This document shows positions 1 through 8,293 of a stretch of DNA of 18,198 nt, in pieces. A program made the position numbers and the translations under genes. Under the pieces are notes generated by a model. That model worked only from the letters and a program-made list of their open reading frames with translations, searched no databases and was not told the origin of the DNA. The stretch covers positions 1 through 18,198 of the forward strand of contig JBIKLZ010000023.1 of assembly GCA_044359535.1 (NCBI GenBank), written 5' to 3'. Positions within the stretch are counted from its first letter, which is position 1; every line of letters starts with the position of its first letter. Source of the DNA: Chlamydiia bacterium. GTDB taxonomy: Bacteria; Chlamydiota; Chlamydiia; Chlamydiales; 2-12-FULL-49-11.

Positions 1-1487
1 TTACACTCTTTGATCCCCTCACAAAAGTTCCGGTCATAAAAGATTCTATAGCCTTTCATCTGTGTAGGCAATTAAAAGATCAGCTAAAAAAAGAGTTGGA
101 TCAGATGTTTAAAAGTGCAGGAAGTTATAAACAAGACCCTCTTGTCCAAGATGTTTTTAAAGGATTAATGGCCTTAATGCTTGCAAGCAACGCAAAAAAT
201 CAACTTAAAATCACAACAGGAAAAAGTGTCTCTGGATATTTTAAAGACTTTCAAACAAGTATTCGAGCCGCTTTAAGCTCTATGGATTATAGAAATTATC
301 TAGATTCTCCTCCCAAAGATGAGTTTTATAGGGAGCTATTAAATCTTTTGCATAAAGTGTGTGCCGTTGTGTACACCTCAAGAATTCATACTGAAGAGGT
401 GGGGTCTATTTTAGCAACAATGATGGGAAAGGGAGAAAAGAGAAGAAAAACAAGTGGCACATCCTCTGTTGCACTATGGAATGCATTACTCGATGAATAT
501 GATGTTTTACAATCGGTTTTTGAGAGCTGTCCAAATGGACCAATCTTTAAAATATTGGATATTCTCAATGAAGAAGGGGCTTTTTCTGAGTTTGACCCCA
601 TGTTTCAAGGGGATTTTCCTGGAAAGTACTTTTCTATGAAATACGAAGATAAAAAAACCGATTTTTTAAAAATTCCCTCCCCAACTATTCAAAAGACTAT
701 TGATGAGGCGACCCTTTCTTTTGAGTTTAAAGGGTTTTTAAGATCTTTAGTTAATGAAAGAAAAAAACTCCTTTTGATCAACTTCCAAGATAAAACCTGT
801 TGGAAGGAATATGCCCGTGCTCATGTGGTAGAAAAGGGTTCTTTAGAAGGGGAGTTTAAATCTTGCTTAACGGTGATCTCTTTTCCAAAATCGACAGATT
901 TTTATCATCAAAGAGAAGAATATGTGAAAGTGGATAGTTCGACCGATTTTAAGAAAATTTTTTACAAACAAATAGAGGGAGAGGCAAATTGTGGTTTTTT
1001 ATTCCCTAAAAAGTTAGATAGAAAAGAATTTTTTGCTTTTATTAAAAAAATGATCGATGAGATTCACACGCTCTTTTTTTCAGGAAAAAAAGTGCTTTCA
1101 AGAAAAAATCGGTTGGATTTTATAGAGATTGGCTATCATCTTATATACCTTTATTTTATTAAGCTTGAAAAAGCAGATTTTACAGCTTTTTCAGCAAAAG
1201 ATGGGGTCGATGTTTCTGCTGTAGCTATTGCATCCATGTTTGGGTTTTTAAAAAGCTTTGCCAAAGAAGGGGAGTGGAAGGTGGAAGATGAGGATTTTCT
1301 TATTGAAACAATTTATTCTACAGCCTTTATCGTTCGCGAAAGAGCGACTCAAATGGGTGTCTTACACCGATCTGTAAGTATGCTTTCTGTAGTTACGGCT
1401 GAATTAGAAGTCGATAAGAAGAAGGTCCAAAAAGCCTTAAAAGGGCTCTTTGACAACTCCTTCTCATCGATCTTTATTTCTCATTAA
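1..1487 (+). CDS. Hypothetical protein, 5'-truncated; probably a conserved chlamydial protein with a possible degenerate CX5R phosphatase-like C-terminal region
   Basis: Frame 3 is open from the window edge (TLFDPLTKVPVIKDSIAFHLCRQLKDQLKKEL...), so the TTG at 96 is probably not the true start. Long ORF ending in TAA at 1485-1487. Contains LLINFQDK, SRKNRLDFIEI and FSAKDGVD segments. Confidence 0.75.
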   Translation, partial: TLFDPLTKVPVIKDSIAFHLCRQLKDQLKKELDQMFKSAGSYKQDPLVQDVFKGLMALMLASNAKNQLKITTGKSVSGYFKDFQTSIRAALSSMDYRNYLDSPPKDEFYRELLNLLHKVCAVVYTSRIHTEEVGSILATMMGKGEKRRKTSGTSSVALWNALLDEYDVLQSVFESCPNGPIFKILDILNEEGAFSEFDPMFQGDFPGKYFSMKYEDKKTDFLKIPSPTIQKTIDEATLSFEFKGFLRSLVNERKKLLLINFQDKTCWKEYARAHVVEKGSLEGEFKSCLTVISFPKSTDFYHQREEYVKVDSSTDFKKIFYKQIEGEANCGFLFPKKLDRKEFFAFIKKMIDEIHTLFFSGKKVLSRKNRLDFIEIGYHLIYLYFIKLEKADFTAFSAKDGVDVSAVAIASMFGFLKSFAKEGEWKVEDEDFLIETIYSTAFIVRERATQMGVLHRSVSMLSVVTAELEVDKKKVQKALKGLFDNSFSSIFISH

Positions 1488-1501
1488 AACCTCTAAGAGG
1501 G

Positions 1502-2428
1502 TTATCGAGACATAGCTTTAGCTCCATGTAGAGCTTCTTCTTGATTTGAATCAAACAAAACCCCAGTTTTCTGAGCTTGTCTGTGAAGGTCATTTACATT
1601 TTTGGATTCTTCACTATTAGTTTGAGTAGGAACATCTTGTGAAGTAGGAGCAACTTCTGAATTAGGAGCAACTTCTGAATTAGGAGCAACTTCTGAATTA
1701 GGAGCAACTTCTGAATTAGGAGCAACTTGTGAAGTAGGAGCAACTTCTGAATTAGGAGCAACTTGTGAAGTAGGATCTACAGCCGTCTCTTCTCGCGCCT
1801 TTTTTAATTGAATTGAAGTGATTAAAGGGGTTGAAGTGTAAAGATAGCTGACAGCCTTTTTCCACATAGGAACTGTATAGCCGTTATTAATTAGCCTATT
1901 AAAAACTCTTGTCATAGTATTTTTTTCTTCTAAAAGAAGATCGGGAAGAGCTTTTGCCATTGAATCCACCTCAGTCTTCCATTCTTTTATGAGGGATAGA
2001 GCTTGTTTTACACACTGTAAACGAGCTGGAATTAAGCTTGTAAAAGCTTCATCGGGTATATTAAGATCTACCACAGCTTGAAGTTGTGTTTCTCTGTTAG
2101 AAAAAATGGATTCTCCTTCTTTTAAAAAGGTAGATAAAGATGTAACCCTACCCATTAAATCATTGAAGCCCTCTCTTGCAATAACTTTTGCGTTAAATAA
2201 AGCAGCAGAGTCATTAAAATCTCTTAAGGTGATGTTTCTCTCTGTTTCTATTTTACGTAGGGATGAAATGACTTGAAGCATTTCAGAGGTGCTTCTTTTG
2301 ACTAAGTCTACAGCATCTTGTAAAAAGGTTATATGATTAGGGACGATCTTTCGTATCTTATCGAAATAGAACCTTTCATGTACAGTGGGGTCATAAGTTG
2401 GGAATTTTAATTGTAAATTACTAGCCAT
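1502..2428 (-). CDS. Hypothetical helical protein with a C-terminal hexapeptide repeat tract (candidate secreted effector)
   Basis: 308-aa ORF with a strong SD (AAGGAG) upstream of the ATG, its own promoter-like element, and (E/Q)VAP(N/T)S repeats near the C-terminus. Confidence 0.75.
   Translation of the reverse strand: MASNLQLKFPTYDPTVHERFYFDKIRKIVPNHITFLQDAVDLVKRSTSEMLQVISSLRKIETERNITLRDFNDSAALFNAKVIAREGFNDLMGRVTSLSTFLKEGESIFSNRETQLQAVVDLNIPDEAFTSLIPARLQCVKQALSLIKEWKTEVDSMAKALPDLLLEEKNTMTRVFNRLINNGYTVPMWKKAVSYLYTSTPLITSIQLKKAREETAVDPTSQVAPNSEVAPTSQVAPNSEVAPNSEVAPNSEVAPNSEVAPTSQDVPTQTNSEESKNVNDLHRQAQKTGVLFDSNQEEALHGAKAMSR
1627..1775. repeat. In-frame 18-bp tandem repeat, 8 units plus a partial unit
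   Basis: Units start at 1627, 1645, 1663, 1681, 1699, 1717, 1735 and 1753. Five are TAGGAGCAACTTCTGAAT, two are TAGGAGCAACTTGTGAAG and the first is degenerate. On the minus strand they encode [12 protein letters not shown]-type hexapeptides. Confidence 0.97.
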
Positions 2429-2447
2429 CAGCTTCTCCTTTTGTTAT

Positions 2448-2470
2448 TTTTTAATGATTATCATTAAAAA
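2448..2470. promoter_or_regulatory. Perfect 11-1-11 palindrome resembling a Fur box (putative operator)
   Basis: The minus strand reads TTTTTAATGATAATCATTAAAAA. The central 15 nt match the centre of the classical Fur consensus GATAATGATAATCATTATC (15/19). It lies between the putative -10 and the SD of the 1502-2428 gene. Confidence 0.55.
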
Positions 2471-2483
2471 TTTAAAAAACTGG

Positions 2484-2513
2484 AATGTAGCAAAAAAAAG
2501 AATTTATTGTAAA
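2484..2513 (-). promoter_or_regulatory. Putative sigma70/sigma66 promoter for the 1502-2428 gene
   Basis: The minus strand reads TTTACA-N18-TACATT with an extended -10 TG (TGcTACATT). Confidence 0.4.
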
Positions 2514-2521
2514 GAATTTGT

Positions 2522-2893
2522 TTATTTTTTTTTGTACAAATTCAAAGTTGCAATAAAGGATTGTTGTAAAAAGGTTAAGCCTCTTTTAATATCTTTTAAT
2601 CTAAGGCTTGTCCTTTTTTTATCAGGATGTTGTTCTACCATTGAAGAAAGAGCTTTTTCAGCAATAAATTGCCTAAACTGGAAAATAGTTGTGATTCTTC
2701 TTAAAAACTCAGTGAGTTTTTCCACCCTTTCAAAGGATGTTGAATCTATATACGCTTGTGAAAAAAGGGGGCTAAGATTTTCTATCTCCTTTTCAACAAT
2801 GGGTTTGATTTTTTCAAGATATGGACCTTCAGGATCTTGAAGTTCGATAATAGGATAAGTGGGGGGTTGAGGAGAAACAATGACTTGTGACAT
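2522..2893 (-). CDS. Hypothetical protein (123 aa)
   Basis: ORF from the track; start moved to the ATG at 2893 (MSQVIVSPQPP...), which follows AAGGA. Co-oriented with its neighbours. Confidence 0.6.
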   Translation of the reverse strand: MSQVIVSPQPPTYPIIELQDPEGPYLEKIKPIVEKEIENLSPLFSQAYIDSTSFERVEKLTEFLRRITTIFQFRQFIAEKALSSMVEQHPDKKRTSLRLKDIKRGLTFLQQSFIATLNLYKKK

Positions 2894-2956
2894 AAAAAGT
2901 TCCTTTAAAGATAAGGAAAATATTTTTATCAAAAAATTGATTTTTTTGTATAGGGA

Positions 2957-3517
2957 TTAATTTGCAGACAAGTCATCTGGAAGCATTGAATAGGAGCTAT
3001 ACTTTCCCCCAATATGTTTTAAAACTACCCCCCAAACATCTTGAGACAAGGTGTTAAAGATGAGTTCAGCATTTGCTGGGTAAGGGCACCATAGACCCTC
3101 TAAAACCTCTTTTTCTAACTCTCCAAAACCCCAACCAAGGTAGCCAAAGCAAAGGATTAAATGTGTATCAGAGCTTTCTGAAGTAGACTCTTGAAGAAAG
3201 GAAAGATCCCCCCCTAAAAAGACTTGATCACAGATATGGAGCATTTGATCGCCACGTCTTGCATCTGTATGAAGAAGCATCATCTGCCCTTGTCTCATTG
3301 GCCCTCCTAATCTAAGGTGAACATTGGGGTGAGATAACTCAGCCATAAATTCAGGATCAATGTTTGGGTTGATGTCTAACGGTTTATTGATAATAAGTCC
3401 AAAAGAGCCCGCAGCGGTATGCTCGCATAAAAGGACAACACTTTTAAATGTTAAAGGATCTTCAATTTCTGGGGAGGCGGCAAGTAAAACTCCCTTTTTC
3501 AATTTCAACTCATTCAT
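2957..3517 (-). CDS. yqgE: YqgE/AlgH family protein (UPF0301)
   Basis: Motifs LLAASP..DP..F..SVVLLCEH...GSFGLIINKP, LGGP, GY.GW..GELE.E and W. The ATG at 3517 overlaps the mlaD stop (TGATG), with GGAGAG upstream. Confidence 0.92.
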   Translation of the reverse strand: MNELKLKKGVLLAASPEIEDPLTFKSVVLLCEHTAAGSFGLIINKPLDINPNIDPEFMAELSHPNVHLRLGGPMRQGQMMLLHTDARRGDQMLHICDQVFLGGDLSFLQESTSESSDTHLILCFGYLGWGFGELEKEVLEGLWCPYPANAELIFNTLSQDVWGVVLKHIGGKYSSYSMLPDDLSAN

Positions 3518-4725
3518 CAATTCTCTCCACACCGATTTTTTGTTGGCATCAAAGGAGCCTCTTCCCTTAGTTGATAGAGTTCTTCGTTATATAGAGTCAC
3601 TTTTTCTTGTAACGATTTTAACATGTTCATAAACTCTAAAAATTTTTTTTGAAATTGTGGGTTTTCGGAAAGCTCTTTAGTGGTGAAACGATCTGTGAGC
3701 ATATTCATCCTTTCTAAAGTAGAAATAAGAGAGTCCACATCGTGGTTGATTTGAGCGCCAAAAGCCATTGGATTTTTTATAGAATTAGCTTGAGCCATGA
3801 GCTTCACACGCTCTTTTTGCCATGCTTTGCTGTATTGAAATAAAATTCCATATTGGTTGATATCATTCATCATCATGTTGGCTTTACTTAAAATAGCAGA
3901 GATGTCTAAATAAAATGAATCATCGGTGATAAGTTTTCCTAAAGTCCCTTTTCCACAGGCAATATTTTTTGAGATAGACTTAAAATTTTTAGCTACACAA
4001 GAGATGGATTCAAAAAAATCATCCTCAGCAAGCTTTTGTAATGCTGCATCAATTTGAGAAACAGCAGAAGAAAAGGTGTCTGTCAATACTTTTACTGAGG
4101 CAACAATTCCAGAGGTGTTAATATCATTTACTGTCGTTGTTAAACTTGCCGCAAGAGTTCCAATGTTAGTGATTGTTCCCCCAAGATTATCGCCATATTT
4201 ATCCATCCATTGAATCACTTTTTCTAAGGTGTTTTCCATTTTTTCAGAAAGGGTCTGAAATTCATTCACCGCACTTTCAAATAGGTCTGTTGAATCTGCA
4301 TAAATGACATCTTTATCATTTAAAAGGATCACCTGGTGACCAGGTTTTTGAGCTATAGGGAGAATAGCGATATATTTTTCCCCTAAAAGACCCTGAGTTT
4401 GAACAATAAATTTATCTGTGGAGTAAATTTTTGTCTTAGAATCCACCTTTAATGTTAACACAAAGGGAAAGACTTTTCCAAAGGCATTGACAGCATTTTG
4501 ACGGGCATTATCAATTTGGTGAATAGACTCTACCTCCCCAATGGGTTTACCTGCAAGAGTGACCCTTGTCCCCACTTGAATTCCACTAATATTATTAAAT
4601 CGAACATTTAAAGTTTGCTTTCCGTCGCCAATGCTTGGTTTAATAAAAAGGATCATCCCCACAATAAGAAAGACCCCAACAAAGACAAACAGTCCGATTA
4701 ACATATTTTTGATGCTTTTATGCAT
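3517..4725 (-). CDS. mlaD: MlaD/MCE family lipid transport subunit with a long helical C-terminal extension
   Basis: N-terminal TM (IGLFVFVGVFLIVGMILFI), MCE motif F.NISGIQVGTRVTLAGKPIGEVESI, TQGLLGEKYIAI and GKGTLGKL. Start placed at the ATG at 4725, after AAGGAG and overlapping the mlaF stop. Confidence 0.9.
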   Translation of the reverse strand: MHKSIKNMLIGLFVFVGVFLIVGMILFIKPSIGDGKQTLNVRFNNISGIQVGTRVTLAGKPIGEVESIHQIDNARQNAVNAFGKVFPFVLTLKVDSKTKIYSTDKFIVQTQGLLGEKYIAILPIAQKPGHQVILLNDKDVIYADSTDLFESAVNEFQTLSEKMENTLEKVIQWMDKYGDNLGGTITNIGTLAASLTTTVNDINTSGIVASVKVLTDTFSSAVSQIDAALQKLAEDDFFESISCVAKNFKSISKNIACGKGTLGKLITDDSFYLDISAILSKANMMMNDINQYGILFQYSKAWQKERVKLMAQANSIKNPMAFGAQINHDVDSLISTLERMNMLTDRFTTKELSENPQFQKKFLEFMNMLKSLQEKVTLYNEELYQLREEAPLMPTKNRCGEN

Positions 4726-5503
4726 GATTTCTCCTTGCAGCTCTTTCAATAAGAGAGAGATCGCCTCCAATTGTCTTATTAAATTGATGGATAATAGGGT
4801 GATCTGTCTTCATAAAGGTTAAAGGATCACAACAAATTTCAACCCTCCCATTATCAAGAAGGGCAATTCTATCGGCAATTTTTAATGTGGTGGGAATGTC
4901 ATGAGAGACAACAATGGTTGTCCCTTTTAACTCATCTTGCTGCTGTTCAATACACTCAGCAATGGTAAGAGCTGTTACTGGGTCAAGACCTGTTGTGGGT
5001 TCATCATAGCAAATATATTTTGGTTTATAAATAGATCCTCTTGCAATACTCACCCTTTTTTTCATCCCCCCTGAAATATCTGAAGGGTAGAGATCTTCTA
5101 TCCCATCAAGACCCACTTTTTTCAGCGCATCCTTTACTAATTCCTTAATATCGGACTTCTTGATTTTTTCGCCACCTTTTGTTAAATGTTCCCTGAGGTA
5201 AAAACCAACATTTTCAGCTACAGTCATAGAGTCAAATAAAGCCCCCATCTGATAAATTGTGGCAATATTTTTCAATGCATCATAAAGATAGGCCCCCTCT
5301 AAACGATTCATGAAAAAATCATCCACAAGAATATCTCCAGAATCTGGCTTCATTAACCCTACGATATGTTTTAAAATAACACTTTTCCCCACCCCTGATT
5401 TACCTAAGATGACAAAAATCTCGTTATCATTAATCTCTAAATTTAAGTTGTTTAAAACAACCTTTGAACCAAAGGCTTTGTTTACATTTTTTATTTTTAT
5501 CAA
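4718..5503 (-). CDS. mlaF: MlaF/Ttg2A-type ABC transporter ATP-binding protein
   Basis: Walker A GKSGVGKS, Q-loop YQMGALFDSMTVAENV, signature ISGGMKKRV, Walker B/D-loop YDEPTTGLDP and H-loop VSHD. The TTG start overlaps the mlaE stop. Confidence 0.92.
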   Translation of the reverse strand: MIKIKNVNKAFGSKVVLNNLNLEINDNEIFVILGKSGVGKSVILKHIVGLMKPDSGDILVDDFFMNRLEGAYLYDALKNIATIYQMGALFDSMTVAENVGFYLREHLTKGGEKIKKSDIKELVKDALKKVGLDGIEDLYPSDISGGMKKRVSIARGSIYKPKYICYDEPTTGLDPVTALTIAECIEQQQDELKGTTIVVSHDIPTTLKIADRIALLDNGRVEICCDPLTFMKTDHPIIHQFNKTIGGDLSLIERAARRNHA

Positions 5504-6291
5504 GTGAAAAAGCTCCCTATTTCAGCATGGAGGGTGTTTAATGCAATGGTCAATAAGAAGTTTACAAATAAAATGATCACGTAAGAAATAACGACAGCTG
5601 AAGTTGTGCTTTCCCCAACACCTGCGGCCCCTCCGGAAACTTTAATCCCTTTAAAACAGCAGATGGTTGTGATTAAAACCCCAAAGACTGTCGCTTTTGT
5701 TAAGCCGACAAATATATCAAAAGTGGTTGTATAAGTAGGAATAGGCTCCCAAAAAACAATCGGGGGGATATTGAAAAAATAGACAGATATTAAATAGCCT
5801 CCAAAAACACCCATCACAATACTAAAAATGGTGAGTATTGGAACCATGATGAATCCCCCAATAAATCGGGGGGCAATAAGGTAGTTGTTTGGGTCAATAG
5901 CCATTGATTTCATCGCGTCAATTTGATCGGTAACAACCATTGTTCCAAGTTCTGCAGTCATTGAAGCGCCGACCCTCCCTGTAATCATAAAGGCTGTAAG
6001 GACAGGACCTAGTTCTGTTAGCATCGCTTTTGCAACCATTAACCCTGTGACGCTTGCAAGCCCCTTATCGGCAAGTTGATAAAAAGATTGGGCTGCAAGG
6101 ACAAGGCCTGTGCTAAACCCTGTTAAAGCAACAACTGTTAAGGAAAGGACCCCTATATTAAAGAGTTGATCCCGAATTAAACTCCACCGAGGAAATTTTT
6201 TGCAGAGAGAAATAATGACTCTAACTGAAAAAATGGCATACTCACCTACGACAGCGACAAAAGAGAATTGGGAAAGGATACTCTCTAACAT
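5500..6291 (-). CDS. mlaE: MlaE family lipid ABC transporter permease
   Basis: ELGPVLTAFMITGRVGASMTAELGTM.VTDQIDAM, L.APR and GAAGVGESTTSAVV motifs; multiple TM helices. Confidence 0.95.
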   Translation of the reverse strand: MLESILSQFSFVAVVGEYAIFSVRVIISLCKKFPRWSLIRDQLFNIGVLSLTVVALTGFSTGLVLAAQSFYQLADKGLASVTGLMVAKAMLTELGPVLTAFMITGRVGASMTAELGTMVVTDQIDAMKSMAIDPNNYLIAPRFIGGFIMVPILTIFSIVMGVFGGYLISVYFFNIPPIVFWEPIPTYTTTFDIFVGLTKATVFGVLITTICCFKGIKVSGGAAGVGESTTSAVVISYVIILFVNFLLTIALNTLHAEIGSFFT

Positions 6292-6360
6292 AAGGGTCTC
6301 TTAAATTTAGGCTAATTATCGTCATATTACCGATATTATCCAAAAACTCAAGAGATTTAT

Positions 6361-6891
6361 TTAAGAACACTCTTTTAACAATCTGCGATAGTGGGCTAAA
6401 ATCTCATCTAAAGTTCTTTCTACTTGATCTTTATTTGCTTTTGTAGAGTCAAGAGTTTTGTTTGTGTCTTCAATAAACTTTTGCATTAAAGTGATCTGTC
6501 CGTTAAAACCTGCATTCTTACCCTCTTGAAGATGATTTAACAGTTCATTTGCTTTATTAAATAATCCACCCACTGCAGAAAGAGCCCTTTTTGTAGAGGA
6601 GTCTTTAGTAAAACCTGCTCCAATAACATTTAAAACAATCCCAATAAATCCAACAGTGGTTTCTCCTGCCGAAAGTTCATGATTTTTAGACAAATCCTTA
6701 TATTTTTCCTCTAATGCATCGATTTGATCATGATGAAGCCATTTTTCTTCTAAAGAGAGTTCAAAAAGAAGGTCTATAGTTTTTTTTCTAAGCGACTCAA
6801 GAGCAAAGTTTAAATTGAAATGCTCATTTTCTTGATTAAGAACTTCTCTGTAATAGGTTGAGGATTGTGCTCTTATAGTAGGTGAAGACAT
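6361..6891 (-). CDS. Putative minor T3SS translocator (CopD/SseD/YopD-like position)
   Basis: 176 aa with a single hydrophobic segment (TTVGFIGIVLNVIGAGF) and a coiled-coil-like C-terminus. Last gene of the chaperone operon; GGAG SD. Function inferred from position and topology. Confidence 0.55.
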   Translation of the reverse strand: MSSPTIRAQSSTYYREVLNQENEHFNLNFALESLRKKTIDLLFELSLEEKWLHHDQIDALEEKYKDLSKNHELSAGETTVGFIGIVLNVIGAGFTKDSSTKRALSAVGGLFNKANELLNHLQEGKNAGFNGQITLMQKFIEDTNKTLDSTKANKDQVERTLDEILAHYRRLLKECS

Positions 6892-6893
6892 AA

Positions 6894-7814
6894 TTACTCC
6901 CTTGTATATCTATCTGTGATGATTTTTTTTAATGTATCTTGGTATAAACCAAGAGCTTCATGGATAAGGGCTGCATTTTTAGAAATTTCTTCAGATAACT
7001 GATTCATGATTTTGAAGGACGTTTCTAAATGGTCCTTATCAGAGAACAACTCTTTGGATAAAAGGGTCGATCTAGCCTCTTCTTCAAAACTATGTTTACG
7101 CTCTTTAAGAGCTATGGCTTTTGCCCCTTGTGAAGAGACAGAGACTAACGTGTGAAAAATAGCTAATACATTTTTCATTGTCCCTAATTTAGCTCCAAAA
7201 AAGGCACACCCCCCAATAAAACCAATAATGCCTCCACCAATTTGAAAAGCTAAAGTAAGATCGTTTTTAGTTCCTGTTCTTTCTAAAATAAGGCAACTTA
7301 AAGCGATGATGCTTGAAATAATCATAGCAACCCCTGCAACGATCAGGGCAGGGTTTGCTGAAGAAAGTAAGGCACAGCCTATTGAAAGGCTCACAACATC
7401 CATCACCCCTCCACCGAGATGACTGACAGTCTCCCAAAACCCCCTTTTTTTTGAAAACTGTCTTAATTTTTCTTGAGAAAGGGCGGCTTTTTTCTCAATC
7501 TCTCTAATATGTTGAATAGATCGATCTATATCGATATTAACTGTTTTCAAAACAAGCTCTTGAATCTCTTCAAATCCCTTTACGAAAGAAAAAAACCCCC
7601 CTATAAAAGTTGGCCAATTGCTGTGGGATAAAGCAATTATTGTTGATCCTTGAACAAGGGGCCCTTTTTGATTTGAGGGAGAGTGGTTTTTTACACCCTT
7701 TAAATTGAAAGGAGAACTTTGAAGGGGTAAAGGAGAGTTGCTTTCCAAAGGAGGGGTTTGTATATGTGTAACCTTTTCAACATCATGGTTTGAATCTAAA
7801 ATAGAAACTCTCAT
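6894..7814 (-). CDS. Putative major T3SS translocator (CopB/SseC/YopB-like)
   Basis: 306 aa with a Pro/Ser-rich N-terminus, a coiled-coil, a long Gly/Ala-rich hydrophobic hairpin and a further hydrophobic segment. Immediately downstream of, and coupled to (TAATG), a SycD chaperone gene. Confidence 0.65.
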   Translation of the reverse strand: MRVSILDSNHDVEKVTHIQTPPLESNSPLPLQSSPFNLKGVKNHSPSNQKGPLVQGSTIIALSHSNWPTFIGGFFSFVKGFEEIQELVLKTVNIDIDRSIQHIREIEKKAALSQEKLRQFSKKRGFWETVSHLGGGVMDVVSLSIGCALLSSANPALIVAGVAMIISSIIALSCLILERTGTKNDLTLAFQIGGGIIGFIGGCAFFGAKLGTMKNVLAIFHTLVSVSSQGAKAIALKERKHSFEEEARSTLLSKELFSDKDHLETSFKIMNQLSEEISKNAALIHEALGLYQDTLKKIITDRYTRE

Positions 7815-8293
7815 TAGAGAGCTCCTTTTACAGCTAAATGTAATTTTGTAAACAGGGTAAAATGGGGGTGCTCTTTAGTGATTTTTTCTGAAAGATCCTT
7901 TAAAAGAGGGGCTGCCTCCTCCTTTTGATCTAAGTAAACAAGGCACTCGGCAGCAAAAAGTAGATAAGAGGGTTCATTTTTATCTAAAGAAGAAGCCATC
8001 GCCCAAGCAACTAAAGCCTCTTGATAGTTTTGAACCATTTGCCTACAGGAGGCTAAACCCTGCCAATAACTTTTTTCTAAGGGTCGAGCAAGAACCAGTC
8101 GTAAAAAGAAAGTCTCTGCCTCTTTAAATTGATTGCAAAGATAAAACTTATGAGCTAAATGATAAAGGAGTTTCACATCCTTATCAAGATATTGTGAAGG
8201 GGGAAGGTCTTCATCTTTTGCAATTTTTTCCCTAAATTCTTCAATGATTTCAATCATTTCCACAGGGGTTGTTTCTTCCAAGCTATCAATCAT
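7814..8293 (-). CDS. SycD/LcrH family (class II) type III secretion chaperone, TPR protein
   Basis: 159 aa, acidic, with the family pattern LY.LA..FY...QF.EA...F..L....P....YW.GLA.C.Q....YQEA..A...A..LD...P....AAECL. Confidence 0.88.
   Translation of the reverse strand: MIDSLEETTPVEMIEIIEEFREKIAKDEDLPPSQYLDKDVKLLYHLAHKFYLCNQFKEAETFFLRLVLARPLEKSYWQGLASCRQMVQNYQEALVAWAMASSLDKNEPSYLLFAAECLVYLDQKEEAAPLLKDLSEKITKEHPHFTLFTKLHLAVKGAL

Noticed and set aside
1627-1775. Direct repeat array as a possible CRISPR
   Set aside because: The units are contiguous 18-mers with no unique spacers, lie in frame within a CDS, and there are no cas genes.
2454-2840. 128-aa plus-strand ORF
   Set aside because: Antisense to the better-supported minus-strand gene; no SD, and it starts inside the palindrome.
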